This document shows positions 14,411-25,742 of a stretch of 64,000 nucleotides of DNA, in pieces (the first letter of the stretch is position 1; the number at the start of each line of letters is the position of its first letter). This DNA is from Octopus vulgaris. Its lineage: Eukaryota. Below the pieces are notes generated by a model. It was given only the letters and a program-made list of their open reading frames with translations, was not told where the DNA came from and made no database searches. The position numbers and the translations under genes were made by a program. The DNA lies in assembly GCA_951406725.2 (NCBI GenBank), contig OX597826.1, positions 46,686,001 to 46,750,000 on the forward strand. The letters run 5' to 3'.

Positions 14411-14417
14411 ATTTCAA

Positions 14418-14490
14418 TTAACCTGAAGATTGACTGTAACAATAACTCGAATTATTACGAATTGTACAGCCATGAAACGATTGTAGTGTT
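14418..14490 (+). ncRNA. Type-I hammerhead-ribozyme-like motif
   Basis: CTGAAGA (14423-14429), long stem II TGACTGTA...TACAGCCA, GAAAC (14474-14478), GATT, then GTA cleavage triplet (14483-14485). Stem I is weak in this copy. Confidence 0.6.
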
Positions 14491-14861
14491 TTACTCTTTA
14501 TCTTTTATTAAACTTTTAATACTTTTGATATATATTTAAAATAATATAAATTAATTAATTTTATGTATTGGCTTATGTTTTTCATTGTTTGATTTGCCTA
14601 ATAGTGGTTTTATCTCTAATTTAATATAATATAATATAATATATTTTACTATAAAATTGGATTTAATCCTAAATCTGATTTTTCCCTGTAAGTTTGGATT
14701 TATTCCCTAATATTTTATTATTATTATATATATATATATGCGTTCGGGTTTGCACGAAACTCAGGGTCACTCTGTTACTTCTACTAAATATTAATAAAAA
14801 ATACATATATACACATATATATACATTAATAAAAAATACATATATACACATATATATATAC

Positions 14862-14893
<32 letters not shown>

Positions 14894-15428
14894 CTGTGTG
14901 TGTATGTTTTCATGCACGTTTATATATGCATGTATGTATGGGTGTATGCGTATGAATTAATTTCAGGCTTACATATAAAATTGTGCGTGCGTGTGTGTGT
15001 GAGAATCCCTCTCTTCTTTCTGTGATAACACGTGCCTTCTCTGTGTCAGAATGTCAGATGATAGGGCCAGAAATCACATAACAGAGACGTTTGGTCACGC
15101 TTCAACTTTTGCACGGCTCAGATAAAAGCTGATAACTGTTGGTTATTTAAGGGATATTTTGACAAACAGACAAACCGTAAATACTAATATGGTACCACGC
15201 AATCACAACGGGAGACAACTCTGCCGAACCTACCAGAAAGCCAGTGCATACTCAACGGTATTCCTAAAAGCAGCAGTTGAAATCCTTTCAAATCGTAGTC
15301 TGCCGTATTGAAAACGAGACATAAAATGTATTAAAAGAGAATACTAGAAACACAAAATGGCTATTACTGGAGTGTTGTTTGACTCATAGATTCAAGTTCC
15401 AGATCGATCAGAGTTGACCTAGTACTAA

Positions 15429-15429
<1 letters not shown>

Positions 15430-15484
<55 letters not shown>
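15430..15484. repeat. (AAT)n tract at the 5' junction of a Dong-like element
   Basis: Runs directly into the KAFDS codons of the RT. Confidence 0.97.
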
Positions 15485-15486
<2 letters not shown>

Positions 15487-17092
15487 GGCGTTTGATAGCA
15501 TCCCCCACACATGGATCCTCGAAACACTAGCCATTAACAAAGTAGCACCAACAATTTTAGAATACATAGGGCACTCTATGAATAAATGGCAAACAGTGCT
15601 ACAGCTCCAAACAAAAGAGGGACTCGTGAAAACCAAAGCCATCCCCATTAGAAGAGGAATATTCCATGGAGACACGCTCTCTCCACTTCTTTTCTGCTTG
15701 GCACTGCCACCTCTATCTGATATGCTGAATAGAACTGGATGCGGATATAAATGTTACGAAAAAACGATCAGCCACCTTTTATATATGGATGACCTAAAAC
15801 TATACGCTGCAAATGACAAACAGCTGGAAACACTACTAAAGACAGTTCATGGATTCACCAAAGAAATAGATATGAAATTTGGGTTAGAAAAATGCGCCAA
15901 AGTAACCCTGAAAAGAGGAAAACTAGCTAAGAGTAGCAACATCACACTAGATAAAGCCAATGAAATAAGAAAATTAGACCAAAGCCAAACTTACAAATAT
16001 TTAGGAATCCATGAACTAGATAAGACACAACACACACAAATGAAAGAGAAAATAAATAAATGAAACTATAGACGAGTTAGATCAATACTAAAAACAGAGC
16101 TCAAAGCTAAAAACAAGATAGTAGGTATTAACACTTTAGCCGTCCCAGTTATAAGTTACAGCTACAATATCTTTAACTGGACGCTAAATGAACTAACCAA
16201 AATAGATAGGAAAACAAGAAAAATACTGACAGGATCTAGGATGCATCACCCAAAATCTGACATAGAAAGACTATATATACAACGTATAGAAGGTGGTAGA
16301 GGCCTTATACAGCTGGAAAACTACTATAAAATAACCACCATAGGACTGCAAAAATACCTACTTCAGAAGGAAGGAAAACTGATCCAGATAGCAGCAAAAC
16401 ACGAGCAAAACAAAAAACTGTTCTCAGTATTTAAGGAAGCTGACAAATACAAACAAGAAATCATACCACCTAAAAAACACGAAGAAGAAGAAGAAGATGA
16501 AGAAGAAGAAGAAGAGAAGGAGAAGAAGAAGAAGAAGAAGAAGAAGAGAAGAAGAAGAAGAAGAAGAAGAAGAAGAAGAAGAAGAAGAAGAAGAAGAAGA
16601 AAACACAACAAAAGCTATAAAACAAATGAAATCCAAACTAAAAATAGAACAGCAACGAACCATGATAAAACGATGGCAAGAAAAGCCCCTTCATGGTAAA
16701 TACTGCACTAAACTAAACGCAAAAGAAATAGACAAAGAAAAATCCCAGCAATGGTTGAGAAGCTCAGGACTCAAAGCAGAAACAGAGGGATTTTTAATTG
16801 CAGCACAAGACCAAAGCCTCCCCACCAGAAATTACCAAAAACATGTAATGAAAAGAAATATAACAAGTAACTGCAGAATATGTGGAGATGGACAAGAAAC
16901 AATAAATCATATTAACTCTGGCTGACCAGGCCTGGCTAAGAAGGAATATATTGACAGACACGACAGAGTTGGAACCTACATACACTGGAAGCTATGCCAA
17001 CATAATTGAATAACATCAGAAAAAAGATGGTTTAGACACACACCAGAAAAGGTCACAGAAAACGAGAAAGCAACCATACTCTGGGATATGCC
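15485..17092 (+). mobile_element. R4/Dong-clade non-LTR retrotransposon copy 1, 5'-truncated (RT + CCHC), pseudogenised
   Basis: KAFDSIPH, RGIFHGDTLSPLLF, HLLYMDDLKLY, YKYLG, GGRGL, LHGKY, WLRSSGLKAETEGFLIAAQDQ, CRICG..ETINHI, ILWDMP. Contains frameshifts and stops. Confidence 0.93.
16481..16601. repeat. (GAA)n expansion inside the Dong ORF
   Basis: Poly-Glu tract; the frame shifts across it (ORFs 16241 and 16497). Confidence 0.95.
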
Positions 17093-18843
17093 AAAAATTT
17101 TCATAAATGTTTTTGATAACTTCATTGAAAATTTTTCTGAAAATTTGCATCAAAATTTTGAAAAGTTTTTAAAAATTTTCATGAAAATTTTTGAAAATAT
17201 TTCTGAAGATTTTCATCCAAACATTTTGAAAATTTTCATAAAAATTTTTGAAATATTTTTTTTGGAAATTTTCATCAAAATTTTTCAAAAAGGTTTTGGG
17301 AAATTTTGATCAAAATTTTTCAAAAGCTTTTTAAAAACGAAAGCAATGGAAAATAATTTAAACAATTAACAAAAAAATAATTCTATAATTTTATACACAC
17401 GCTTTTCGTACATATATTTGAAAAATTTTTTGAAAATTTTGCTCAAAAATTTTTGAAATTTTTCCCCAAAATTAAAAAAAAATTTTTTGAAAATTTTCCT
17501 CGAAAATTTTTGAAAATTTTCCCGAAAAATTTTTGCTGGAAAATATTTGAAATTTTTCCCCAAAATTTTTGAAAATTTTCCAAAAATTTTTGAAAATATT
17601 TCCCACAAGTATTTGAAAATTCTCCCCAAAAATTTTTGAACATTTTCCCCATAAATGTTTGAAAATTTTGCTCAAAAATTTTTGAAAATATTCTCTGAAA
17701 ATTTTTGAAATTTTTCCCCAAAAATTTTTGAACATTTTCTCGATAAATGTTTGAAAATTTTCCTCAAAATTTTTGAAAATTTTCCCCAAAAATTTTTGAA
17801 ATTTTTCCCAAAACCTTTTTTGAAAATTTTTAAAAATTTTTGAAAATTTTCTTCAAAAATTTTTGAAAATTTTCCCCAATAAGTACAGGAAAATTTTTTG
17901 AAATTTTTCCCCAAAAAGTTTTGAAAATATTCCCTAAAAGTTTTCTTCAAAAACTTTTGCAAATTTTCCCCAAAAAATTTTGAAAAATTTTTGAAAATTT
18001 TCCCAAAAATTAAAAAAAAGTTTCAAAAATTTTCTCAAAAATTTTTGAAGAATTATTTGAAAATTTTCTTCAAAATTTTTGAAAATTTTCCCCAATACGT
18101 AATGGAAAATTTTTGAAATTTTTCCCCAAAATTTACGAAAATTTTCCCTAAAAGTTTTCTTCAAAAACTTTTAGGGAAAATTTGAAAAATTTTTGGAAAT
18201 TTTTCCTCATAAATTTTTGAAAATTTTCCCCCAAAAGTTTTGAAAATTTAAAAAAAATTTTTCTCAAATATTTTTGAAAATTTTCCCCAAAATCTTTTGA
18301 AAAACTTTTTGAAAATTTTGCTCAAAAATTTTTAAAATTTTTCTGCAAAAATTAAAAAAAAATTCTTTGAAAATTTTTCTCGAAAATTTTTGAAAATTTT
18401 CCCCAAAAATTTTTGCTGGAAAATATTTGAAATTTTTCCCAAAAATTTTTGAAAAAGATTTTTGAAAATTTTCCTCAAAAATTGTTGAAAATATTTCCCA
18501 CAAGTATTTGAAAATTCTCCCCAAAAATTTTTGAACATTTTCCCCATAAATGTTTGAAAATTTTCCTCAAAAATTTTTGAAAATTTTCCCCAAAAACTTT
18601 TGAAATTTTTCCCCAAAAATTTTTGAAAACTTTCTCGAAAAATTTTTGAAAAAGTTTTGCAAAATTTTCCTCTAAAATTTTTGAAATTTTTCCCCAAAGT
18701 TTTTGAAAAATATTTAGAAAATTTTCCTCAAAAATTTTTGAAAGTTTTCTCGAAAAATTTTTGAAAAAGTTTTGCAAAATTTTCCTCCAAAATTTTTGAA
18801 ATTTTTCCCCAAAGCTTTTGAAAAATATTTAGAAAATTTTCCT
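17093..18843. repeat. A/T-tract satellite, 10-12-bp period (AAAATTTTTG / AAAATTTTCCCC), with higher-order duplications
   Basis: Directly visible. The block near 17430-17670 recurs near 18310-18565, and a ~115-bp unit is repeated at ~18631 and ~18746. Confidence 0.9.
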
Positions 18844-19458
18844 ATAAAAAGCAGTGGTCCCAAGACAGTGCCCTGTGGAACACCGCTCACTATTTGTGTG
18901 TTCATAGAGGTGGCTCCATTAACCACTACTGCCTGACTCCTATCTTTCAGGAAGTCATGCAACCACACTCCAAGTTTTCCAGCTATGCCGAGGTCACGCA
19001 GTTTGTGGCATATCCTACCATGATCCACCTTGTCAAAAGCTTTTGCAAAATCAAGGTAGATTACGTCCACATTTGATTTGTTGAGTAACTGCCTCAACAC
19101 CCAGTCATAATGCTGTAAGAGCTGGGTCAGGCAGCTCCTACCTGGTCGAAAACCATGCTGGGCATCAATCAGCAAGTTGTTTTCCTCAAGGAATGCGAAG
19201 TTTCTTTCGATGACTTTGCTGATGTGTGAAGTCAGAGAGATAGGCCTATAGTTTTTGGCACCTGCTCTACTTTCCCCTTTATGTATTGGGCATATTATTC
19301 CCTCCTGCAGCTTGCTTGGCAGTTTGCCATTCGCAAGAAAGCTCTGGAAGAGAATCTTGAGGGGTTTTGCCAAAGCATGCTTACACGCTTTGAGGATGAT
19401 GGCTGGGAAACCATCTGGACGAGCAGCTGAGTTTGTGTCCACTTCATCTATGGCTAGT
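18841..19458 (-). mobile_element. CR1-group LINE reverse transcriptase fragment
   Basis: AARPDGFPAIILK, NYRPISLTS, QHGFRPGRSC, YLDFAKAFDKVDH, SGVPQGTVLGPLLF; truncated before the catalytic DD. Confidence 0.92.
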
Positions 19459-19616
19459 AGAAAATTGCACTACTAGGCACTGCACACATCCTACGCAGAA
19501 CACTTTCAATACAGTAACCATAAGAGCATCACAACAAATCACAGCACATACCCAAGGCACACAGAGCTGCGCTCGGTAGTGAAGTGAAAGCACGTTATAA
19601 AAATAAAATTACTGAA
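19459..19616 (+). mobile_element. 3' end of Dong-like copy 1 (KIALLGTAHILRRTLSIQ* plus 3' UTR)
   Basis: 3' UTR GAGCATCACAACAAATCACAGCACATACCCAAGG... is shared with 20332-20421; followed by (AAT)n. Confidence 0.88.
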
Positions 19617-19618
19617 TG

Positions 19619-19697
<79 letters not shown>

Positions 19698-19765
19698 GAT
19701 GAACTGAAGATAGTAATAATAATAACAATAATAATAATAATAATAATGATAATAATAATAATAAT

Positions 19766-20421
19766 AAATCATATTATCTCTAGCTGCCCAGTCCTAGCTA
19801 AGAAGGAATATATTCACAGACATGACAGAGTTGGAACCTACATACATTGGAAGCTATGCCAACATTATGGAATAACAACAGAAAAAAGATGGTATAGGCA
19901 CACACCAGAAAAGGTCACAGAAAACGAGAAAGCAACCATACTCTGGGATATGCCGATACACACAGATAGAGAAATTAAGGCCAACAGACCAGATATAGTT
20001 GTCAGAGATCATGAAGAAAAAAATGCTTTCTAATTGATGTATCAATACCGGCAGATGACAACGTGTCTCTAAAAGAAATGGAGAAACTCTCAAAATACAA
20101 AGACCTGGAAATAGAGGTAACTAGAATGTGGAATCTGAAAACAGAAACAATTCCTATCATAGTAGGTGCATTAGGCATGATAAAAAAATATTCAGACAAA
20201 TGCATAACAAAAACACCAGGACTTACAAACACATATAACATACAGAAAATTGCACTACTAGGATACTTAAGGAGGGTTCTTGGCATCTAAGGTTACATGC
20301 TGTAAACCCGATAGGAGGGTTCTTGACATCTGAGCATCACAACAAATCACAGCACATACCCAAGGCACACAGATCTGCGTCGGTAGTGTAGTGAAAGCAC
20401 GCTATAAAAATAAAACTACTG
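19766..20421 (+). mobile_element. Dong-like copy 2, 5'-truncated, with restriction-like endonuclease
   Basis: HIISSCPVLAKKEYIHRHD, LWDMPIHTDREIKANRPDIV, ID, EKLSKYKDL. Near-identical to copy 1 over their overlap; (AAT)n on both sides. Confidence 0.93.
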
Positions 20422-20498
<77 letters not shown>

Positions 20499-20590
20499 CC
20501 TTTTAACTAAAGGCGCACGCCTGAAATTTTGGGGGAAGGGACTAGTCGATTACATCAACCCCAATAATAATGATGATGATGATGATGATG

Positions 20591-20626
<36 letters not shown>

Positions 20627-20636
20627 TTAATAATAA

Positions 20637-21144
20637 AAGCGTTAGTCATATAATAAGTGAATGTAGCATGCTGATACAGAAAGAATACAAGACATGACAA
20701 TCTAGGGAGAGCAATCGACTGGGAGGTTTGTAGAAACTAGGATTTGAACATACTGATACGTGGTATGAGCATGAACCTAGTAAAGTACTAGAAAGTAAGA
20801 TGTACAAGATGTTGTGGGACTTTCAGACATTCAGACTGACAGAGTAATAGGAGCTAGAAGGCCTGTTTTGCTAGTAGTATATAAAGAGAATAGAAAATGC
20901 CAGACAATTGACTTTACAGTACGAAATGATGAAAAAATTAATATGAGAAGTATAGAAAAAATAGCAAAGTACCAGGACCTAGCTATTGAAATACAGAGAC
21001 TATGGATAGTGCGGGTAAAACGTATCCCAATAGTTATAGATGCATTGGGAACTATCCCTAAAGATCTGAACCGATGGATAGAGAAATAGGCATAAAACCC
21101 AGTTTAGTACAGCTGCAGAAAACAGTGTTATTAGGGACAGCTAG
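20637..21144 (+). mobile_element. Dong/R4-like copy 3 (different subfamily), degenerate
   Basis: HIISEC, LWDF, IQTDRVIGARRP, EKIAKYQDL, IPIVIDALGT, LQKTVLLGTA; preceded by (AAT)n. Confidence 0.85.
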
Positions 21145-21986
21145 CTACTACTACTTCTGCTGCTGATGCTACCGCTGCTGATGCTACCGCTGCTACCGCT
21201 GCTACTGCTGCTGATGCTCCCCTGCTCCCCTACTCCCTTCCTTTCTTTTCCAAGAGTCGAATCTGTTGAGTGTGTACGAATAATAATAAAAAAGCACAAC
21301 AACAACAATAACGGGTATTTCAGTTATCACATTTCGCTCAATGGATATTAACAAAACCATATTTATAAATATTTATCTTAGATTGCTTGTGGTACAATGT
21401 AATGTTCACACGATCTTTGTCATTAAGAACTGGAAGCCAGCGATAATAGAAACAAGAACACCATTTACCAGTCGCTGCTGTTTAGTTTCGACTCAGAATA
21501 GCTCTGATTAAACTGACTTCTGCCCAGTTATTCCATGCCATAACAATCCTGTTTCTATTCTTTTTCTTCGAAAATGGAAAAGCATATCTTGGAGCATTAT
21601 TATTCAATGTATTCTTTTTTATTGGAAGATTATAGTGTAGTCTTTGAGGGACACTGGATGAACGACCGCATGAGAGAAAGAGAAGAACTATAGTTATTTT
21701 GGAATCGTCAAAAATGGCGTCACTTTGACATGACATTGACATTTCATGCCAATTGCCTTCTCCAGGAGCGTGATTTTCTTTTTTCTTGAATAAGGATTTG
21801 CACGACCAGGGACTGACTAGGGTTATCTAACAAGAACAACAACAACAATAAAAGCAACAACAGCAACAACAGCAACAACAACAACGACGACAGCGACAGA
21901 GGGAACAACTACTGCTACTATTACTGATACCACTACTGCTCCTGCTGCTGCTACAACTACAACAACAACAACAACTACTACTACTA

Positions 21987-22018
<32 letters not shown>

Positions 22019-22445
22019 TCTGCTGCTGATGCTACCGCTGCTGATGCTACCGCTGCTACCGCTGCTACTGCTGCTACCGCTGCTACCGCTGCTACCGCTG
22101 CTACCGCTGCTACCGCTGCTGATGCTCCCCTGCTCCCCTACTCCCTTCCTCCTCCTCCTCCTCCTCCTCCTACTACTACTACTACTACTGCTGCTGCTGC
22201 TGTTGTTGTTGCTGAATACAGACTATTTCAAAATACGGTTGCGTAAACAAACGTAAACGTACGCATACAAATTAGGGTGTATAAGACTGATAACTACACT
22301 TACACATATACACAAAGCACAGCATACACAGAGGCATACAGACACGTAGATATAAGGTTATACGTAAAAGATAAGAGAGATAACAATAAGGTGAATGTGA
22401 AATTAATAGAAATTAAAAGCAGCATACAGAAGAGTGCATGATACA

Positions 22446-22506
<61 letters not shown>

Positions 22507-22599
22507 GCATATATACACATATACGAATAGAGAAAGAAAGAGACAGAGAGACAAAGACGGGAGAGAGATAAAAGTAATTAGATAGATAGAGGTAATAAT

Positions 22600-23001
22600 C
22601 CTTTCTACTATAGGCAAAGGCCTGAAATTTGGGGGAGGGGGATAGTCGATTTGCATCGACCTCAGTATGCAGCTGGTACTTAATTTATCGACCCTGAAAA
22701 GATGAAAAGTAAGTCGACTTCGGCGGAATTTGAACTCAGAACGTAGCGGCAGACGAAATACCTATTTCTATTTCTTTACGACCCACAAGGGGCAAAACAC
22801 AGAGAGGACAAACAAAGACAGCTAAACGGATTAAGTCGATTATATCGACCCCAGTGCGTAACTGGTACTTAATTTATTGACCCCCGAAAGGATGGAAGGC
22901 AAAGTCGACCTCGGCGGAATTTGAACTCAGAACGTAGCGGCAGACGAAATACTGCTAAGCATTTCGCCCGGCGTGCTAACTATTCTACCAGCACACCGCC
23001 T
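22600..23001 (-). mobile_element. Composite SINE: family A unit followed by partial head plus family B tail
   Basis: Head segment is duplicated; whole composite is flanked by TAGAYAGAGGTAATAAT at 22583-22599 and 23002-23018. Confidence 0.85.
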
Positions 23002-23059
23002 TAGACAGAGGTAATAATAGACATCAAGATATAGCAAAATCCTCTTTTAACTCGTATCT

Positions 23060-23745
23060 TCTGCTTGTTTCAGTCATTGGACTGCGGCCATGGCAGTGTT
23101 GGGGTCAAGTATTCCTTGAAGGAACAAACCGACCCCAACATTTACATTTTTGTTTTAATTTTTTAAATTTATTCTATCGGTTTCTTACGCCGAACCGCTA
23201 GGGCAGTGTTTCTCAAACATGTTTTGCCTATGGAACCCTTTTGATTCCTATTTTGCTTTGAGGCTGGGCCCTATTTGCCATTTGATGTCTAAAAACTCCT
23301 GTTTACATTTTTATAGTCAAATATTTTTAGGAATTGCATTAGAATATGTTTAAATATTTTGTGTACTGTAGAAACATAACCAATTTATTGCACATAAAGT
23401 TTTACAAACAAAATCTTATATGGGACCCCTAAAGGCCATATGTACCCTGGTTGAGGACACCTGCGCTAGACAAACCGACTACTATTGTCAAGCAGAGAGA
23501 GGGAGTGACAAATGCAAATACAAACACTCTCTCACACACTTACACACGCACACACACACTTATACACACACACACACACATGCCCGACGGGCTTCCACGC
23601 AGATTGGGTATACCATATTAATTCACATGACATTAATCGGTCCAGGGCTACAGTAGAAGATATTTGCTCAAGGTGCCAAATAGTGGGATTGAACCAGAAA
23701 GTACGTGGCCGGAAAGCGAGCCACTCAACCACAAAGACTTGTGTT
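23060..23745 (-). mobile_element. SINE family C, diverged, interrupted by a MITE
   Basis: Tail at 23060-23200; body and head at 23470-23745. Confidence 0.75.
23204..23463. mobile_element. hAT (Charlie-like) MITE
   Basis: TIRs CAGTGTTTCTCAA / TTGAGGACACCTG; 8-bp flanks CGCTAGGG and CGCTAGAC. Confidence 0.8.
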
Positions 23746-23973
23746 AAATGAAAACTAGTTATAGGTGCAGTCATGGCTGTATGGTTAAGAAGCTTGCTTT
23801 GCTACCACGTACCAATGAAGTGTGTCTGCAATCTGGTACTGATTTATGTCTACAGATACTTTTGCTTCAATGAAAAAGATGAACATCCCCAAAATCTACT
23901 TCCCTAAAGAAAATAGCTCGTTGACGCATAAACAAATATCATGTTTTTGTTTTAAATTAAACATTTCTTTTTC

Positions 23974-24347
23974 TGTGAGGTATACTTACCATCTCAATAT
24001 GGCTAACCGCTAAGGGTGGGTGTTATTGTAGCTTGTAGCCCCTGGAGAACATCGTCTCCAGCTGGCTTTAGGCACACTTTCTGTGCTCCTATGGTATTTG
24101 CAAAGGGAGGTCATCCCTCCCTCGTCAACCTAAGTGATACGCACGGACTGCAGTTTCTAGGTATGCACTGCAGTCCGTGCGTATCACTTAGGTTGACGAG
24201 GGAAGGATGACCTCCCTTTGCAAATACCTTAAGGGAACAGAAAGTGTGCCTAAAGCCAGCTGGAGACGATGTTCTCCTGGGGCTACAAGCTACAGTAACA
24301 CCCACCCTTAGTGGTTAGCCATATTGAGATGGCAAATATACCTCGCA
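23974..24347. repeat. Long inverted repeat (181-bp arms, 12-nt spacer)
   Basis: Arms at 23974-24154 and 24167-24347 with about 11 mismatches and no indels by manual comparison. The ORF track gives nearly the same peptide on both strands. Confidence 0.97.
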
Positions 24348-24894
24348 TTGTCGTGCAGTTACTGTTTATACCTCGTTCAGAGGTTTATTATTATTTTTTT
24401 CCAATATTCGTAAATCCTTGAGTAATTCATTTAATAAATGAAGAATTTAATTTTGGTTAACTAACAAAAGAAAATGAGAAAAAAAATGAGACAAACTGCA
24501 TGTTGAAACATTCATGTCGTTCTCACTGGCTTTGAAATAGAAATGAAACTGTTTAAAGCTAGAGAACGTAACATATATGCATATCTGTTCATCTGGAGTT
24601 CATTTCTGTTTTATGCCACACATTTATTTCTACCAGCATCTATCACCCAGCATTTGTCACCTGTCATTTATCATCTATCATCAGTCATCTATGATTACCT
24701 ATGGTTACAGTTTCCAATGTATTTCTTACAATGCATTTAATGAAATTTAATTATAATACTTCCTACAAAACTGACTGCATTTAAGTAAAGCTGGATGCAA
24801 CAAAAGATAATATGCATGTGTGTGTATGTATATATGTATGTGTATATACATATATGTATATTTATACGTATGTATATATATATACGTATGTATG

Positions 24895-24940
<46 letters not shown>

Positions 24941-25335
24941 TGTATCTATCTATCTATCTATCTCTATATATATATATATATATATATACACCGCCCACGC
25001 ACCCATATATGAATATGTGTGTGTGTGTGTGTGTGTTACAGGATATGAATAAGACAAGTTTGGGTTTTAATTGCATAAATTATTTTTTTATAGTTTTCAT
25101 TAATCTGCGTGAGAAAAACATCAAAATTCACAGATAATAACGGCGAAGCGTTTTAAAGTTTCACAATATCACCACAAATAAATAAACAAATAGATGAATA
25201 AATAAATAAATAAAAGAAAAATAAAATATATAAGAACATAATAAAGTAAATAAATCCTCCAGGTTCTCGTTAAGAAGTATGATTGAACTTAATGAGTCAG
25301 CTCTCTCTTTCTTTCTCTCTCTCTCACTTTCTCTC

Positions 25336-25383
25336 TATATATGCACAAGCACAAACACACACACACATATATATACACATATA

Positions 25384-25423
<40 letters not shown>

Positions 25424-25662
25424 TACATATGTATATGTAAATATATACATACATATGCATACATATATATATATATATATGTATATATACGTACATACAT
25501 ACATATATATTCATATATATATATATACATATATATATACATACATATATATATACATATACATACATATATATTCATATATATATACATATATACACAT
25601 ACATAAATATATACATATATATATACATACATATTTATATACATACATATATATACATACAA

Positions 25663-25740
<78 letters not shown>
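25336..25740. repeat. (TA)n/(TACA)n microsatellite
   Basis: Directly visible. Confidence 0.95.

Positions 25741-25742
<2 letters not shown>

Noticed and set aside
17088-18777. F/K/N-rich repeat-protein ORFs
   Set aside because: Several frames give similar peptides, a by-product of the A/T-tract satellite.
21482-21742. 86-aa minus-strand ORF in unique DNA
   Set aside because: No recognisable motif or exon evidence.
24016-24305. Two nearly identical 64-aa ORFs on opposite strands
   Set aside because: A consequence of the DNA palindrome.
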